From: Podarcis bocagei
Lineage: Eukaryota
DNA: 64,000 nucleotides
Assembly: GCA_964188305.1 (NCBI GenBank)
Contig: OZ076886.1
Direction: 5' to 3' (one strand)
The notes beneath the pieces were generated by a model. It was not told where the DNA came from. It did no database searches and saw only the letters and a program-made list of their open reading frames with translations. Below, one piece after another: positions 12,913-26,542 of the stretch. Numbering within the stretch: position 1 is the stretch's first letter; each line of letters starts with the position of its first letter. A program made the position numbers and the translations under genes.

Positions 12913-13005
12913 TCCGGTTCCCTCAGCCTGAAAAGCGAGATGAGCGCTGCACCCCATAGTCACCTTTGACTGGACTTAACCATTCAAGAGTCCTTTACCT
13001 TTACA
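12913..13005 (+). mobile_element. Sauria SINE 3' fragment
   Basis: aaagcgagatgagcgctgcacccc...gtcctttaccttta matches the reverse complement of the 51029-51120 end of the full copy, with an (ACCTTT)n tail. Confidence 0.75.
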
Positions 13006-13038
13006 TTTTTTTACCTTACTGTTGATATTCTAATAAAC

Positions 13039-13350
13039 CAGGGGTGGGGAACCTTTGTCAACCCAAGGACTGCATTCCCCCATCAGCAACCTTCTGGGGT
13101 GGAGGCAACTGCCATGTTGTGGGTGGGGCCAGAGGCAAAATGAGGGTGGAGCTACAGCTGTGATTCTTACCTTTGGACAGCAGGCTACATTCCAGCCACA
13201 CAAAAGTAAGAGGTTTCCACACACACACACACACACCCCTCCATCCTAGAAATCAAGACATTATCACAATTCAGTGACACATTCCACCCAGGCCAAAGCA
13301 CTTAAGGAGGGTGCAAAGCACGGTTGGTGACCAAAGTGGCCTAGGGCGAG
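13039..13350 (+). mobile_element. Partial hAT MITE, same family as 35634-35982
   Basis: Starts CAGGGGTGGGGAACC and shares cccaagg...cattccc...gcaacctt...ggccagaggcaaaa with 35634. The right end is unclear. Confidence 0.6.
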
Positions 13351-16300
13351 GGATTGTGGCGTGCAAGAGCTGGTGCAAGGGGAATTGAGAAATTCCTGGA
13401 GGACAGAATTCTGTGGTGCCTAAAGGGAATCTTCATGTTCAGGGGCAATATGTGAATGACTTCAATATAGGGATGCAAGAAGGCAGCATTTTCCATTCCT
13501 CCCTGTAGCAAGCAGCAATGTTTCCATTCCGCTGCAGTTCATCTTTCGCCCAAAAGGACCTTATTCATCTTGCAGTCCGCTATGGCAAAATTATGTAACT
13601 TACGTAACTAATTACATAAATTATGACAATCACATTGTCATTACGATGCACCTCATTTCAATGCAAAGGAAACGTAATGAAATGTAACTGCTTGCTAACT
13701 GAAAGCAATACTATTTGTATTCACTGGATTTATTTCATTCTGAACAAAGAGGTGAATACCTGCAATTTACATTCTTGTATCCACTTTCATCAGAATTCTC
13801 CAACATTCCAACTTGCAGGTGCCGAAGGCATACAATGGGGAAGGGTTATTGTTGCTGTTGTTTTTGGCTTCGTGCCCTGCTTGTGGCCTGTAGGCTTTCT
13901 AAAAGCATCTAGCTGGCCACTGTTAGGAACAAAGATTTTGCTCCCATCAGACAGGTTTCTTCTCATGCTCCTATTAGGTTATGGATCCTTTAAATGAATA
14001 TCCAAGCTACATAACCAGGGAGCATATTATTTGCCTTTGGTTTCCAAGAGAGCCTTTATTTATTTTTTAAATCAAGATAATTGAAGAGTGTATTTCACCA
14101 TTACTTCCTCATGGGAAATAATAGTGGCTAATTGTGATTTTCAGGTCATCTGAAATCTCTGAAAGGTAAACAAATATTTTGCCAAGCCAGAGAAAGCCAG
14201 GGTTCAGCAAAAGAAGTGGCTAGACCAGAGATGGGGAAAGGGCCATTTTAGTTTAGTCTTCTACCCAGCAAACAAGCTTTCCCATTCCCGTCTGTCCTCT
14301 GTTTGTACAGATGTTTACTTCAAGTTTAAATAAAGAGGGAAAATGAATATGTGCAGCATGACCTCTCTTTCCTGGATGGCCTGGGAGCCATGCAAAATAT
14401 TTGGATATTGAGAAGTCTGGATAAACAAGAAAGCAGCTTCCTTGGAGTTATAATGACAATGAACTATATGGAACACATACACATTGGTGGTAGGTGCAGG
14501 AAGAGCTTGGGGTAGCTGAAGTTCATGGGAAGGGGAGGATGTATGGTAACTTAGCCACTGGTTTCAGCTGGATCAGTTCTGTACACATTATTTTAGACCA
14601 TGTCAGAAGAATTCCCCACAGAATAAAAGCACGTAAATCAAGAACGGGTTTTTAGGAAGGGAGTTGAGCTTGTACATGAAACACCGGATTTAACAAAATA
14701 CATGGCATTTAATTATTCAAGGAACAAGCAACACAGCTAATTCAACCATTGTACCCAAGAAGAAGGAAATCCCAAGGGCGGGGCACCTCTTCAACATCTG
14801 GAAATTCAAGGGCTCACATCCTTTTGGACATGCAAAGTCAACATTGTTCTTGCAGAGCACAGGAAGCACCTCAAGCAAGCACATACACAAGGACACATGC
14901 AACATCAGTCTGGGAAACATCTTTTAACACTGAGCAGAAGAGAGAGCTTTAAAAAGCCTTAGTCTACGTGCAGCTGTTTAGTTTTTAAAAACAAGCAAAC
15001 CACAATTTCTATATTGCTTTCCCTCTTTAACAAACACTATTGTACAAAAGAAACACCAATCTGGCAGCGGTGAAGATCTGGCATTTGGCTCCAAGAATCT
15101 GAGGACGGATCCATCCTAGCTCCGTACCAGGAAGCAATCCTACCCTTAAGCTAGGGACCATCAGTGCTGCTGTGTCAGCTTTGGATAGAAGGTGAATAAT
15201 CTGCACCTTTGGAGCAGCCAGAGAACAGCCTCACTAAGTGGTTATAGCTTATTTTTAGAGACAAGTGGATCAGATCTGGTTTAGTACTGGGAACGTGTTG
15301 AAGCTTCAACTTTTGCATGTTGTGCTGGAGCAGCTTAGGCAATGGGTGGTTTCATTCTTCCCATGTGCAGAGCTACATAAATGTACACATAGCTATCATT
15401 TTAGTGGGTCTGATGCATTATTAGTGCATCGTGTAGATGGAAGACTCTTTCATGGTTTCCCTGCAACAGACTAACATGCCTCTGAAAGGTGTTTCCCCCT
15501 GTTCTGTCCCCGTCAGTACATTTGGTTGGCTCAAACTTTTGCAAGGTTAGAATGGGCAGCGCAGCGCATGGCTGACTTCCAGCTTTGAGTACGGGGGTGT
15601 TCTGGGGCTTTAAAAAATGGTATCCTGCCTGCAGCCTCCTAAATGCATTACAGCAGTGAAAAAGCAACAGATTAATCTACAACCTGGATGCATCCAAACC
15701 ACTCCCATTCATTGCAAACCCAGAGGCCTGCTTCCCTAACCATTTCAACCTGTCAAAAACTAGCCCGTGCCAATGTTCAGTTATCAGCCTGTGGCAAGGC
15801 AGTCCTAAGAATTCTCCAATATGTGTGACTTTCAGCATGCTACTTCTAAGCCACATTTAGGGTCAGTGTGCCGAAGCTGAACTGCACAAGCACTGGTGAA
15901 AACCAACCACACTATGGCTGATGCTGCTGGAAACTAGCAAAAGCTGGCTTTCACTTGCAGTTACTATTGGCAGAGCTCATCTTCTATTTTCTGCAAAAGC
16001 GTGTATCAGTTCTACTTTTTATATTACTGATGTCGCTTGGCTGGAACACACAATCTTTGTTTCCAGCACGATCAACATCCATTTCTTTTCAGTGTTCGCA
16101 AGATTACTTTTCTTCTCCCGCCTCACACAGTACAACACATTGAGAAGGATCTCCTCCCACCAGGCTCACATTTTTGGAGAGCAGAGATATTTTTAGACTA
16201 TTGCCTGCACAACACTTACATTATTGTTTTGTTGTCTTGGGAGGGAGGGGTGGGAAGAATAATTGGAAAGAGGCAATTTTCTAGGCTAAAATTATTTCTG

Positions 16301-17700
16301 CCTTATTGCTGTGCAGCAGAAAATCTCTCATCTGGTAAATCCACTGCAAGGGGTTCCCCCCTCCCCTCCAGTGCTAAACAAAATGATCCCCGATATCAAA
16401 AGGAACATTAATTCCCATCGGATAGAACAGCTCGGTAAGAAAAATGACATGCCTCTGCTTCTATCAGTGCTGGGGGCCAAATTCAGACATGGGGAATCAG
16501 ATATGCAACTCTTGCTAATACTTTCATAAATGACCTTTTTTCACCAGCAGTCTCTACAAAGCCTTTTTAAAGCAAACAGACTGAGTGATACATTCTTGGT
16601 GAGGTTCACCTGTTAACGGCAACAGTACCACAGAACTGAGCGGGGCGGGGGGACCACACCGAATTATTTCAGTGAACAGAATCAGGGGCAACAGAAAGGC
16701 TGCAAGGCTGCAGGACAGCAAACCATATCCCTGAGGCTAATATTCTGCATTTTGAATGGCTCTGCTAAATGTACAACTCATGATTTCTTCTTCTCAGAAT
16801 GTCCTCAGAGCCTGCTCATGCACTGGCTTTTGAGCTGAGGCTAGATTCCTGGATTGATCCAATTAGTGTATAAGCGTTCTCCAAGAATGCTTCCTGGATG
16901 GCTTATTCTACCATCCATGCACATATATTTCCATGCACATATATGGGAATTATGTCAAAAGTAAGCCTTTCCGTTGGAAAACATTGCAAGTTATATAGAT
17001 TGGCATCCCTCTGTCTCGGGATACAATGGAAGAGCACAACTTCAGGGGTGGAGTCAAACCATTGGAGAGTTACAGCACCTGCTGCGGCTGTAGAGACCAA
17101 CACAGGAGAGAAATGTTTTGTTGCAGCTGGGGCAGATGAAGGTGTCTGTTGCCTTGCATCACGCCAATATAGGCAACCTCACCTGGCTGAAGGAATACAC
17201 ACTCCTTTTTCGCATAATGAGTCCTCAACAGGAATGCACAGGAAAGCCATGTGACTTTTTCACAAGTCTTCATGAACGAACTATTATCGCCTCTTCCCTT
17301 TGCTAATAGGCAGCATAAGGAGAACAAAATCTATCCAGGATGTCTCAGGTTCACTGAATATAATGAGTTTCCTGAAGAGAGATCAGAGACTTCTTACATG
17401 CAGACTAGTCAGCGCTGGGCCACGGGCAGCCATGTATGTGGAGAGTAGAAGGTACATGTCCTGGCGGGATTGGAAGCAGGAGCAGGATGAGGCACTGCAC
17501 CAGAGCACCTCAGGCAGGGGTTAGGAGGCAGGTCAGCAGAGAAACAATACAGAAGGTCAATAGAAAGGAAGAACTGGTTGCAGGCAGGGGTTAAGATGAG
17601 GAATCTGATCAAAGGAGGCTGGAACAAGCAGGTTGGGAAGCTGTAAACAGGTGGATAAGGACACTGCCTGGCCAGCTGGCAAGACCAGATCTGACTGCAG

Positions 17701-17702
<2 letters not shown>

Positions 17703-17737
<35 letters not shown>
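17703..17737. repeat. (AG)n microsatellite
   Basis: Seen directly. Confidence 0.95.
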
Positions 17738-17738
<1 letters not shown>

Positions 17739-20700
17739 CTTGACCTGTAAGTATCCATAGCCAGAAATAATCAACAAGTTGTCTGGGGAATGGCCAATAA
17801 TGGGACTACCCCTTTCTTTCCCCCCTCTCTGTAGCCTCAAGCTGCTCATTAAAAGACTGAAAAGAGACACTAGTGAATACCTGACAGAAGTGTCTCTTGC
17901 TTTAGTGTGTACTTTCACTGTACACAATTTAAGGTCCTTATATATCAGAAGCCCATAAAGAAAACCCACATCACAATAACTTGTTCTCCATTTCTTTCGG
18001 GTCAACGATGTGACTATATGTGGACAGGTAGTCTGGCCATTTTTTCTCAATGCGCTAGTAAGCTTTGTGAACTTAGTTGCAATGCTCTCTAAAAGAACCA
18101 GGTTTCTTAACATCATTTGCTGGAACAGGTGCACTGTTACAGTTTAATTAGGAAAACTGGTCTTGAGAAGATCCAGATCATTTGCCAGAGCCTCCTATGA
18201 GGAAAAGTCTTTGGGGGTTTTATATTGCTAATTTCCTATGCTAGTCACTGCAACAATGTGGATAAAGACCACCGACTGAAATAATTTTAGCGCAGTTATT
18301 TTAGAGAATGGGTGGGGAACATTTTTCAGTCTGAGGGAAGCATTCCCTTGTGTACAACTTTCCAGGGCCCATATTCCAGAGCTGGGCAGGATCAGAGGAA
18401 AAGGTGGGCAGAACAACAGTTGTGACCTTTGTCCAGTAAGCTGAATTTCAACTACCCAAATGTGAGAGAGTTCTAGACAATCTCCCCTCTCCATCCTCTA
18501 CCTGGGCATGAAAGAACCACTACCACAGTTCAGGGACAAGCGAGAAGCACTTGATGGTATGGGACAGGGACTGTGAGGGTGTGGCCTGGAAAAAGTGGAT
18601 GTGGTATGGGGAGGGACATGGACCAAGGAGAGCCCTGAGTAACATACAGAGAGACCTATGGAGAACTGCGCTTGGCCCGTACCCCAGCCCCTGGTGTTTC
18701 CCACCAATTTCAGAGCTTCAAGATGTTGAACATGGTGCTATTCTGTTATGAGCACCACTGTGACAGCTTTCCCTTTACACAAAATCTTCATTATGGCAAC
18801 ACGTCTCAGGTTTTAAAGAGACAATACCTACCATTTTGCCTCTGTTGTTTTTAACTAAGAACATTGGAAAGTGGGGGGGGGGGGGAGAAAGAGGTTGAAG
18901 TAGGGACACAGGATTTACCTTTAACAACTCAAGAGTTTTAGAAACAGCTGAAGCACAGTGCCAGAGCAGTTCCGTGGTGGTGGTAGATTATTTGCTGATC
19001 ACACCATGTGTTTTCACACCATGGGCATTGAGGGCATCCATGCAGCTGTGCTTTACAGCAGCACATGCTATTAAGTCCCAAATGACAGCTTGCTTAGCTG
19101 GAAAACATTTCCTTTTCAACAAAACTCATCCATTTCCAGCTCTTCTGTGGGGCTTTGTTCCCTCTGCTCATGAGTTCTATATAACCCATTTGACTGGTTT
19201 CGATTCAAAGAGTGTTACTAAGCTTAAGTAAGACCTGTTGGTCAAGGGAGAAAGGAGGGGGTTTTCCGCAGAGGCACATTGGAGTACCTTCTCAAGTTCT
19301 GTTTATGTTGCAGAATCAAAGTTTGAGTTTCAAATAATTTTGGTGCCAGAGAAAACACAGAATTCTTATTTGACTTGAAAGAATCCTCTGTTTTCTAGCA
19401 GGAGCGGAGACTAGGCCTTGTGAGAGAGCTGGAGCACAGACTTCCTTTGATGACTCCTTTGTCACCCTTGGTATTCTGCATTCTTTTTAAATGAAAAATT
19501 CTTCTCAAAACACTTGCCCTGTCATGACTAGCCAATACAACTGCCATTCACCCAGTATGTTGAATAAATGCAGCTGACTTAAAAATATAGAGAGAGAAGC
19601 TACAGTTCCCAGTAGATTGCTTATAAAGATTGCATGATATTTCAAAAGTATCTCCTGAGTTTTGTGTGCATTAAACTCTTGCTTAAGTCAATCACAACAG
19701 TTTGTGCTAGCTGTAGTTTAAAACCCCAACCATAGTTTGAGCTTCCAAACCAGTGTTCCAAACTCCCATTATTCTAGTCACATTTTGCGACTGGGAATTT
19801 CATTAGCGCGAGCAGTTTCTGAGCTCTGGGCGCAGTACTGCACCTAAGATTTCAGATTAAAACTGCAGAGTGGAAGGAAAGGGGGACCTTTTTCTACCTC
19901 ACCACTTCCAGCTGCTCTCTGAAGACTGGAGAAGAGACCCTCTTAAGAATACTAGGGGGATGAGCAGGGGAAGGACCAGACCATGTATAAAATGAACATA
20001 ATATTTTCAGCTTTGTATTCTTGTTATCAGAAAATCATGCCTAGACATTTTGTTGTTGAGCCCATAACCTAGGTTTAAGGTGTAATTTAGCTCCTAACTT
20101 TCATATATCAGTTTCTAACACTGTTCCAAATGAATAAGACGATCACGGCTTAGAACTCCTTGTCTACTTTCATTTCTGGTTTGTTCAGCAATGTGATTTA
20201 CAGGTCTACTGCTGTCGTCAGGAAGAGAAACTGAAATAACCATGGTTTGCCAATGGTTCTCACCCAAACCATTGGATGCCACAAACCAGAATTTGCTAAT
20301 TCACTTCCAACCATGGCTTAATTGAGAATCACGTTGAAAGAGGCAGCCAAGGACCACATGTGTGGTCAAAAGATTTGTCCATGTCTTGGCTTAATAAGCT
20401 GACATAGGATTTTCCAAGCACTGCCTTTGTGTCTAAATCTACTTCAGCTCAGTTGGCACTTCCTTTCTTCCCCATCAGACCAGACAGAGATAATGGTCAA
20501 TGGAGTTGAAAGACACTGAGATGACAATGAAAACCAATAGAATCACACTCAACAAAATTCAGATCAACCAAGGGAGTCTCATTTCCATGCTCAGGCCTGA
20601 GCCCCACTATTTGTGGATCTAGAAAATCAGTCTCATCCAAGAGTGCTCAGAGGAAGGGGAGAACAATAAAGGTATGAATTAAACAGGGGAATAATATTTT

Positions 20701-21811
20701 TACTATTTTTAAAATTATTGCTGCCACTTTTAATCATTGATACCAATGTTGTGCTAGGTGCTACAGGACCTGGAAAAGAGTATAATCCCTGACCAACTGA
20801 CTTAAAATAGACAAACCTGAGTGGGACACAGAGGAGATTCATCCTCTGTAGGCACTGGGAGAGTACAGGAAAGTACGCTTCAGCTAATATGAAGCGGCAG
20901 TGCAATGGAAAATCATGGTTGTGTAAAATACATGTGGGTGGAAGATTTTGCCTGATCCAGATGCTGGGAAAAGCCTGTCCTTTGACTATATTCAGCCCAC
21001 TTTCTTTGTGAATTGAGCCCTGTGTCTGCCTCTGAGCATTGCCTAGTCACACTGGCTCAGCTGCTAAACTAACTTCCATTGTCTCCTAACCAAAGCTCCC
21101 ACTTCAGCTTCTCTTTGCTATGCTCTGTGTGCTTGTCAAAAATAGCACATTCCCTACATCTCTGTGTGTGATCTGCTGGTATGGTGAATCTTTGACCTTA
21201 AAATTCCGGCCTTTGATTAAAAAAGAAAAAGATCAAAGCATGAGATATCTCTTAGCCTTCATTCTCTGTACTTACAACACTTATACTAAATTATAATGGC
21301 ATTTATTTCAATGCAGGAGACAGCTCTGTGTGCACAAAGGGATAAATGTGCCAAACTATCCTGTCCACTGCTGTTATGAAAGATGCCTCTTGTGCAAGAG
21401 CTTCTTATGTACACTGGAGCATGCACAAAGCTCTCGACTGGTTTTCAAATTCTCTCTCTCTCTTAAACACACACACAAATCAAAAATATAATTTGCACAG
21501 TCAGAGATGAATCGTCTTAAGTAATTTAATAATAGAAATGTCTGAGGTGGGAGGCAAAATCCTTTTAATGGGATGGGATATATGTCATCGTAATAAGAAA
21601 GCAAATTTTAAAATACTAAAGCTTTCTTTTTAAGCAGGGCTAGAAGCTTTTTAAAAGAATGCTGCAATGTGGGTAGAAAGCAGGGAAATGCTAAGCAGTT
21701 GCTTTAATACTATGGCGACAGGTTTGCAAACAAATGTACTTACATCACCAAGAACTTCAGATGATAAAGACCTGGGACCCAATGCAACCAAAAGCTGAAC
21801 ACTTTTTACCA

Positions 21812-21945
21812 AGGGTAGCCAACAAAGTGCCCTCCATATGTTGCTGAAGTACATCTCTCACCATCTGTGAACATTGGTTATATTGGCTGGTGTTGGTGGG
21901 AATTGCAGTCCATCAACATCTGGAGAGCACCATGTTGGCTAGCCC
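21812..21945. mobile_element. Diverged palindromic URR1-like hAT MITE
   Basis: Inverted arms gggtagccaaca...gtgccctccatatgttg and caacatctggagagcaccatgttggctagccc. Confidence 0.65.
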
Positions 21946-22352
21946 ACACCACCCTCTTTTTTAAAAAATGCAAGTCTACTCAGAAGTAAGCCCCACTGAG
22001 TTCAATAGAGGTTACTCCAAGGAAACGGGGAGGCGGGGAGTAAAACTTCTCAGTAACTGAAAACTGTTCTTGTACTCTTCTGTTCTTTCCAAAAACCTGT
22101 TTCCAAGAGGAGGAAATAAAAGGGAAGAAACTATACTAGCTCCAGGACTGAAGTAGCTTGTTCCTTGGTTTGAACAACTAGGAAGGCAATGGATCCTTTT
22201 AGAGCCATGCCTTTCTCCAATCCCACTGAGGCATGCGTCAAGACCACTCACAGAACACTCTCTTTTTGGCTATACTGATGGTGGAATTCTGACAAGCCAG
22301 GATTGTCAGGGAGCAGAAATTTGACACTGGGTCAATCTCTCTGAGGCCAGAG

Positions 22353-22487
22353 AAGGCATAAGCAAACTTGGCCCTCCAGATGTTTTGGGACTACAATTCG
22401 ATCATCTCTGACCACCGGTTCTGTTAGCTAGGGATCATGGGAGTTGTAGTCTCAAAACCTCTGGAGGGTTGAGATTGCCTATGCCTG
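22353..22487. mobile_element. Palindromic hAT-Charlie MITE (URR1-like)
   Basis: Termini aAGGCATAAGCAAA and TTGCCTATGCCTG, with a perfect 8-bp TSD GGCCAGAG (22345-22352, 22488-22495). Confidence 0.88.
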
Positions 22488-23361
22488 GGCCAGAGCTTTC
22501 TCTTCACCCTCAAAGTAGGAGATCTGATGCATCCTACTGTCCCTGAGATACTCTTCTGAACTGCAGGACCTGCCATTAATTTCACTGATAGAAAGAGGTT
22601 CAGCACATGTTCAACAATTTTGGCTCATCCTCACTTCAAAATTGTCCCATTTCACAGCTGGTCATTTTTTCCTACCTCCTGCAAAGCAAGAGTTTTGCAG
22701 GTTGTGCTTAGCTTAACTCATCACGGGTTTACTAGATTCCACATCACCTGGTTTCCTCAAAATGACAATGTACCAAGATGTGTTAGGTGTGAGCAACCAC
22801 TAACAACTGCCTAGTAGAAAAATAAAAAGCAACCTTTCTAATCAGACATCCATGGCAAGTAAACGATCTAGAAATCAGTTAGCTGATCACACTAATGAAA
22901 TGCTGTTGCTATGGAAAAACACGGTCCTCATAAACAGTAAAACAAGGGGAAAACTCAGATTCACACTTCTGCATTTACTGTAGTACTCCTAAAGGATTAA
23001 ATCTTCTGAAGAAGGGTAGGCCACAATCTTGGCACAATATTTTAGATAATCCGTTTATTTCCCTCCCAACATTTTCAGATTTAACTGTGTATAGCCAGAT
23101 GTACCCAACAGATGGGAGATTATGCAAATTTATATTACTGAGCACCAATACACAAGCCCCAGTTTCTCAAATGCCCTTTTTCAAAAATCCCAAAACTCTA
23201 ACCCACGGATCCCTAGCTAAACTGAAGTCAAGGAAGATCTACTTATTCACATACCATAGGAATATGAAAAGCTGCCTGACGGTGAATCAGACAACTGGTA
23301 CATCCAGCTCAGTTTTTCTATACTGACTAGAAGTGATTCTGCATAACTTTAGCTAGCAGTT

Positions 23362-23449
23362 CCAGCCCTACCTGGAAATGTTAGGGATTGGATATAGTGG
23401 GATATGCATATAGAGTACATCTTCTGCCACTGAGCTACAACCATTTCCC
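23362..23449 (-). mobile_element. tRNA-derived SINE head (Squam3-like), diverged
   Basis: The reverse strand reads GTAGCTCAGTGGCAGAAG (A-box-like)...TCCAGGTAGGGCTG, similar to 38051-38137 and 51821-51963. Confidence 0.6.
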
Positions 23450-24099
23450 TTCAAATCAGACCTCACCAGGCCATTCTTAAAGCAACAATGCTAATAACCT
23501 CTAGTGTACAGTAGGAACATGCTTGCGATGCTAAACCCCGCCCCGCTTTTACCTGCCTTCTTCTAAATTTTTACAAAAACATTTGGTTGCAGACTCACTT
23601 TCTGCAGCAGGCCTTTACAATTTAAGACTCACACAAATTAGCTGTGGTCACTTTCCTGTTCTCAAGGAAAAAATGGAAATTGTGGGAGGAGTCATCCCAT
23701 CTAATGAATGTCCTCCTGTCCACCCTTGCAAATTAAGTCACATCCACATCATACATATAAAACACACCCCTCCCCCCCAAAAAAAGAATCATGGGAGCTG
23801 TTACTTGTGAAGAGTGCTGGGAATCGTAGTTCTGTGGGGGTAAATTGTGCTTTACCAACGTGGATCTACTGACACTGGTGGCACTTCAGTGGAGTTGCTC
23901 CAGGTGACCCCAGCGTGGATGAAAATCTAATTTTCTTTTTCCTGTGGGAAGCGCTCTCTGGTGTGAATGATTGACAACCTATTGAAAGCATCACCAAGAG
24001 CTCTGTTTCTGCTTTGCCCTGTCTGTCAAAACCATTTTGCATCAGTTAATGTGCAACAGGGACATTTGTGATTCACAATGATGTTAAGTGGGAAGGAGC

Positions 24100-24196
24100 T
24101 CCTGCCCGAAACTCTAGAGAGTGGCTGCCAGTCAGTGTAGGCAGTCCAGAGCTAGTTAGACCAATGGACCTGACTCAGTATAAGGCAGCTTCCTGA
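24100..24196 (+). mobile_element. SINE 3' half (Squam3-like)
   Basis: cctgcccgaaactctagagagtggctgccagtcagtgtag...gaccaatggacctgactcagtataaggcagcttcct; a reverse copy lies at 55578-55660. Confidence 0.65.
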
Positions 24197-24799
24197 GGAA
24201 TACCTGAGCTTTCTGCAAACAATCAAATGAAGGCTGCTGAATTTAAACTCAGCCTCTGGCTGCAGCAAATGCACCTGACATGCTTCTGCGAAAGAAGACA
24301 CATGCTTTCAAAGCAATGTGTCTTTTAAAACGGAATCGAGAAGATCGTGCTTCACCTACAGAAGGCGCAGGAAAGCACTGTTGCTTAGGTGTCGAAGAAT
24401 GAGCTATGCAGCCAGTAAAGTGAAACTTTAACTTGACCTACTTCTGTTGCCAAACAAAAGGTATCAGCTTACCTATGCCACATACAAGGGAAGGCAATTG
24501 ATCAGTGAAGGTGCGTGGTTCATTTCTGAGGAGCACGACAGCAAGCATTCAAGAGACACTGATCTTAAAGCCAATAGCAACAAGAATCTGTGGGCACTTA
24601 TTTGGGGAGCTCCTTTGATCCCCCAGCACCATATTAAGAAATGCCCCCCAAGTGAAAGGGAAAGTTCCTCTGCTTCCCCCCTCAAAGCAATGAAGATCTC
24701 ACAACCATACCTGTTCATTGTGGAAGTGTTATGGCGTTAACCAAGGAGAGGGCATTTTAAACTGTGGCAATCTGGTTATAAAGAAGCATGGCTGGTGCC

Positions 24800-25057
24800 T
24801 TTGCCATTATATTTTAGGTGCCAGGCAAAAAGATTTTCTATTTCCCCAGGCTTTAAATGTTTTTAATATTTATTAAAAGCTGCTGTGTAGCTCACTTTGT
24901 CATTTTTAAGTGCTTTTCATGTCTTTTGTATTTTGCTTCGTACATATGCAGTGGTAGTTTCACAATTAAAATAAAATACAGTGGTTTTTTTATTGTGAAC
25001 CACCCTTGGATATGCATTAAGAAAGGTATATAAATGTTCTACAAACAGATAAATAAA
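24800..25057 (+). mobile_element. Old L2-type 3' end
   Basis: T-rich 3' UTR followed by a tattgtgaaccaccctt...ggtatataaat...aaataaa tail. Confidence 0.5.
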
Positions 25058-25152
25058 GGCTGCAATTCTATACAGTACACACTTACCTGTGAGTGAGCCC
25101 ATTGAGCTCAATGGCAGTTACTTTTGAGTAGAGAGGCAAAGGATTCAACTGA
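25058..25152. repeat. Short palindromic interspersed repeat; related copies at about 2400-2500, 21975-22025, 44355-44410, 53030-53100 and 56930-56980
   Basis: Recurrent core acacttac...gagtaag-cccattga-tcaatgg...tacttctgagtaga seen in several places. Confidence 0.6.
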
Positions 25153-26399
25153 TAAGGAGTCTTGATATTAGCTGTTCAAATTCTAGAAAACATTTACTAA
25201 GGACCTTGAATGACTCTCACTGGATCTAAGCAAAGCATTTGTAAGGTATTTTTGTGTGTGAGAGAGCTGCCTTGGCTATAATAGATATATATAAATCTCC
25301 AAAGGTGGAATAGAAATGTTTAAAATCAGTATATTTGTTTACAATATTGTACTCTATCCTTCAACAGATTCCCAGGGCAGTAAGCAGCAGTAATGATGGC
25401 AGTGGCTGCCTAGGGTGCAATTCATCCACAGTTAAGCACTTTTTCAAGCCTATGGATGTAAAATAAATCCACTGAAATAGAATGTAAAACTGCTTAACTT
25501 TCTGGATCGTAACCATAGTAATTTGCAATTCACATACTGTGCAAGATAGCTGACCTCCTTTGCAAGCATTTTACAAAGTGCTGATCATCTTCCAAAGAAC
25601 TATGCTAGGTTGCAATGTTTTATTAGGATTTGACAAACACAACTCTGGGAAAGCCTTGATTACAATAACATTGTTCGATACAGTCAAGCAAAGGTGAAAC
25701 CAACTAGAATAAACGCAAAGTCAGGAGATAGGCAGATCATCCCTATAATCAGGGATTTAGTTAGCAAGCCAGTACTGAAGAAAATATGCATGCTACTTAC
25801 ACATAGCAGGTGTGTTTTGGTTAGGTTTTTTTTTACAAAAATGTACCAAATCTACAGCATGGTGTCACACCAACCCACATCATGCACATTAAAACATCAA
25901 CTTATTTTTACTCTTAAAAATCCCACATCCACCAGTCTGCAAAGTGGGAGAGGCCACACCCCCAGGAGCAGAACATGGTAGCTATGTCTCAGGTTGCTTT
26001 CACCAGACTGGCACAACCAGAAGGTAGGATTGCACTGTCAAAGTGTATATCCAGAGAAAGGATGGATAAATCTGTTGATTTCAGTTTCTTTCAGTTTCCC
26101 AATTTTTCCAGCTTAGCCCCCTTTCTGCATCAAATTGATTTTTTTCCTTTTAAAAAGTCACACAAAGCCATATGCATTTTTTGTGCTGATTTCTCCTAAT
26201 ACATGTCTTTTTGTATGCAATTTTTTCGTAATATATGCATTTCAGCAAGCAATTTCCCCTAATATATTATGTTTTGTACATCCCCCCCAATAAGTGCATT
26301 TTTGTGTGGAAACCCACTTCACGAGATTTGGAGAAGTGTGAATTTCTAAGTCTAGCTGCAATTTGGCTTCGGTTAAGGAAGTACAAATTAGGCAGAGAG

Positions 26400-26542
26400 T
26401 GAGTGTGATGTATTGTTTAGAGCTGGGAGACCAGGGTTCAAATACCCATTCAGTCACAAAGCACACTTGGTATCCTGGGGCCAGCCACTCACTCTCAGCC
26501 TAACCTACCTCACAGAGTTGCTGTGAGGATAAAATGGGGAGG
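26400..26542 (+). mobile_element. CORE-type/MIR-like SINE fragment
   Basis: B-box-like GGTTCAAATACC followed by the core ctctcagcctaacctacctcacagagttgctgtgaggataaaatg. Confidence 0.65.

Noticed and set aside
17341-18134. 241-aa minus-strand ORF, and a possible solo LTR at 17341-17887 (TG...CA ends)
   Set aside because: The ORF runs through an (AG)n microsatellite and has no recognisable domain or splice support. The LTR candidate has no TSD.
18423-18435. DR1-like element (TGGACA-A-AGGTCA on the minus strand) as a possible PPAR/HNF4 site
   Set aside because: A single degenerate 13-mer is expected by chance in 64 kb, and no conservation data are available.
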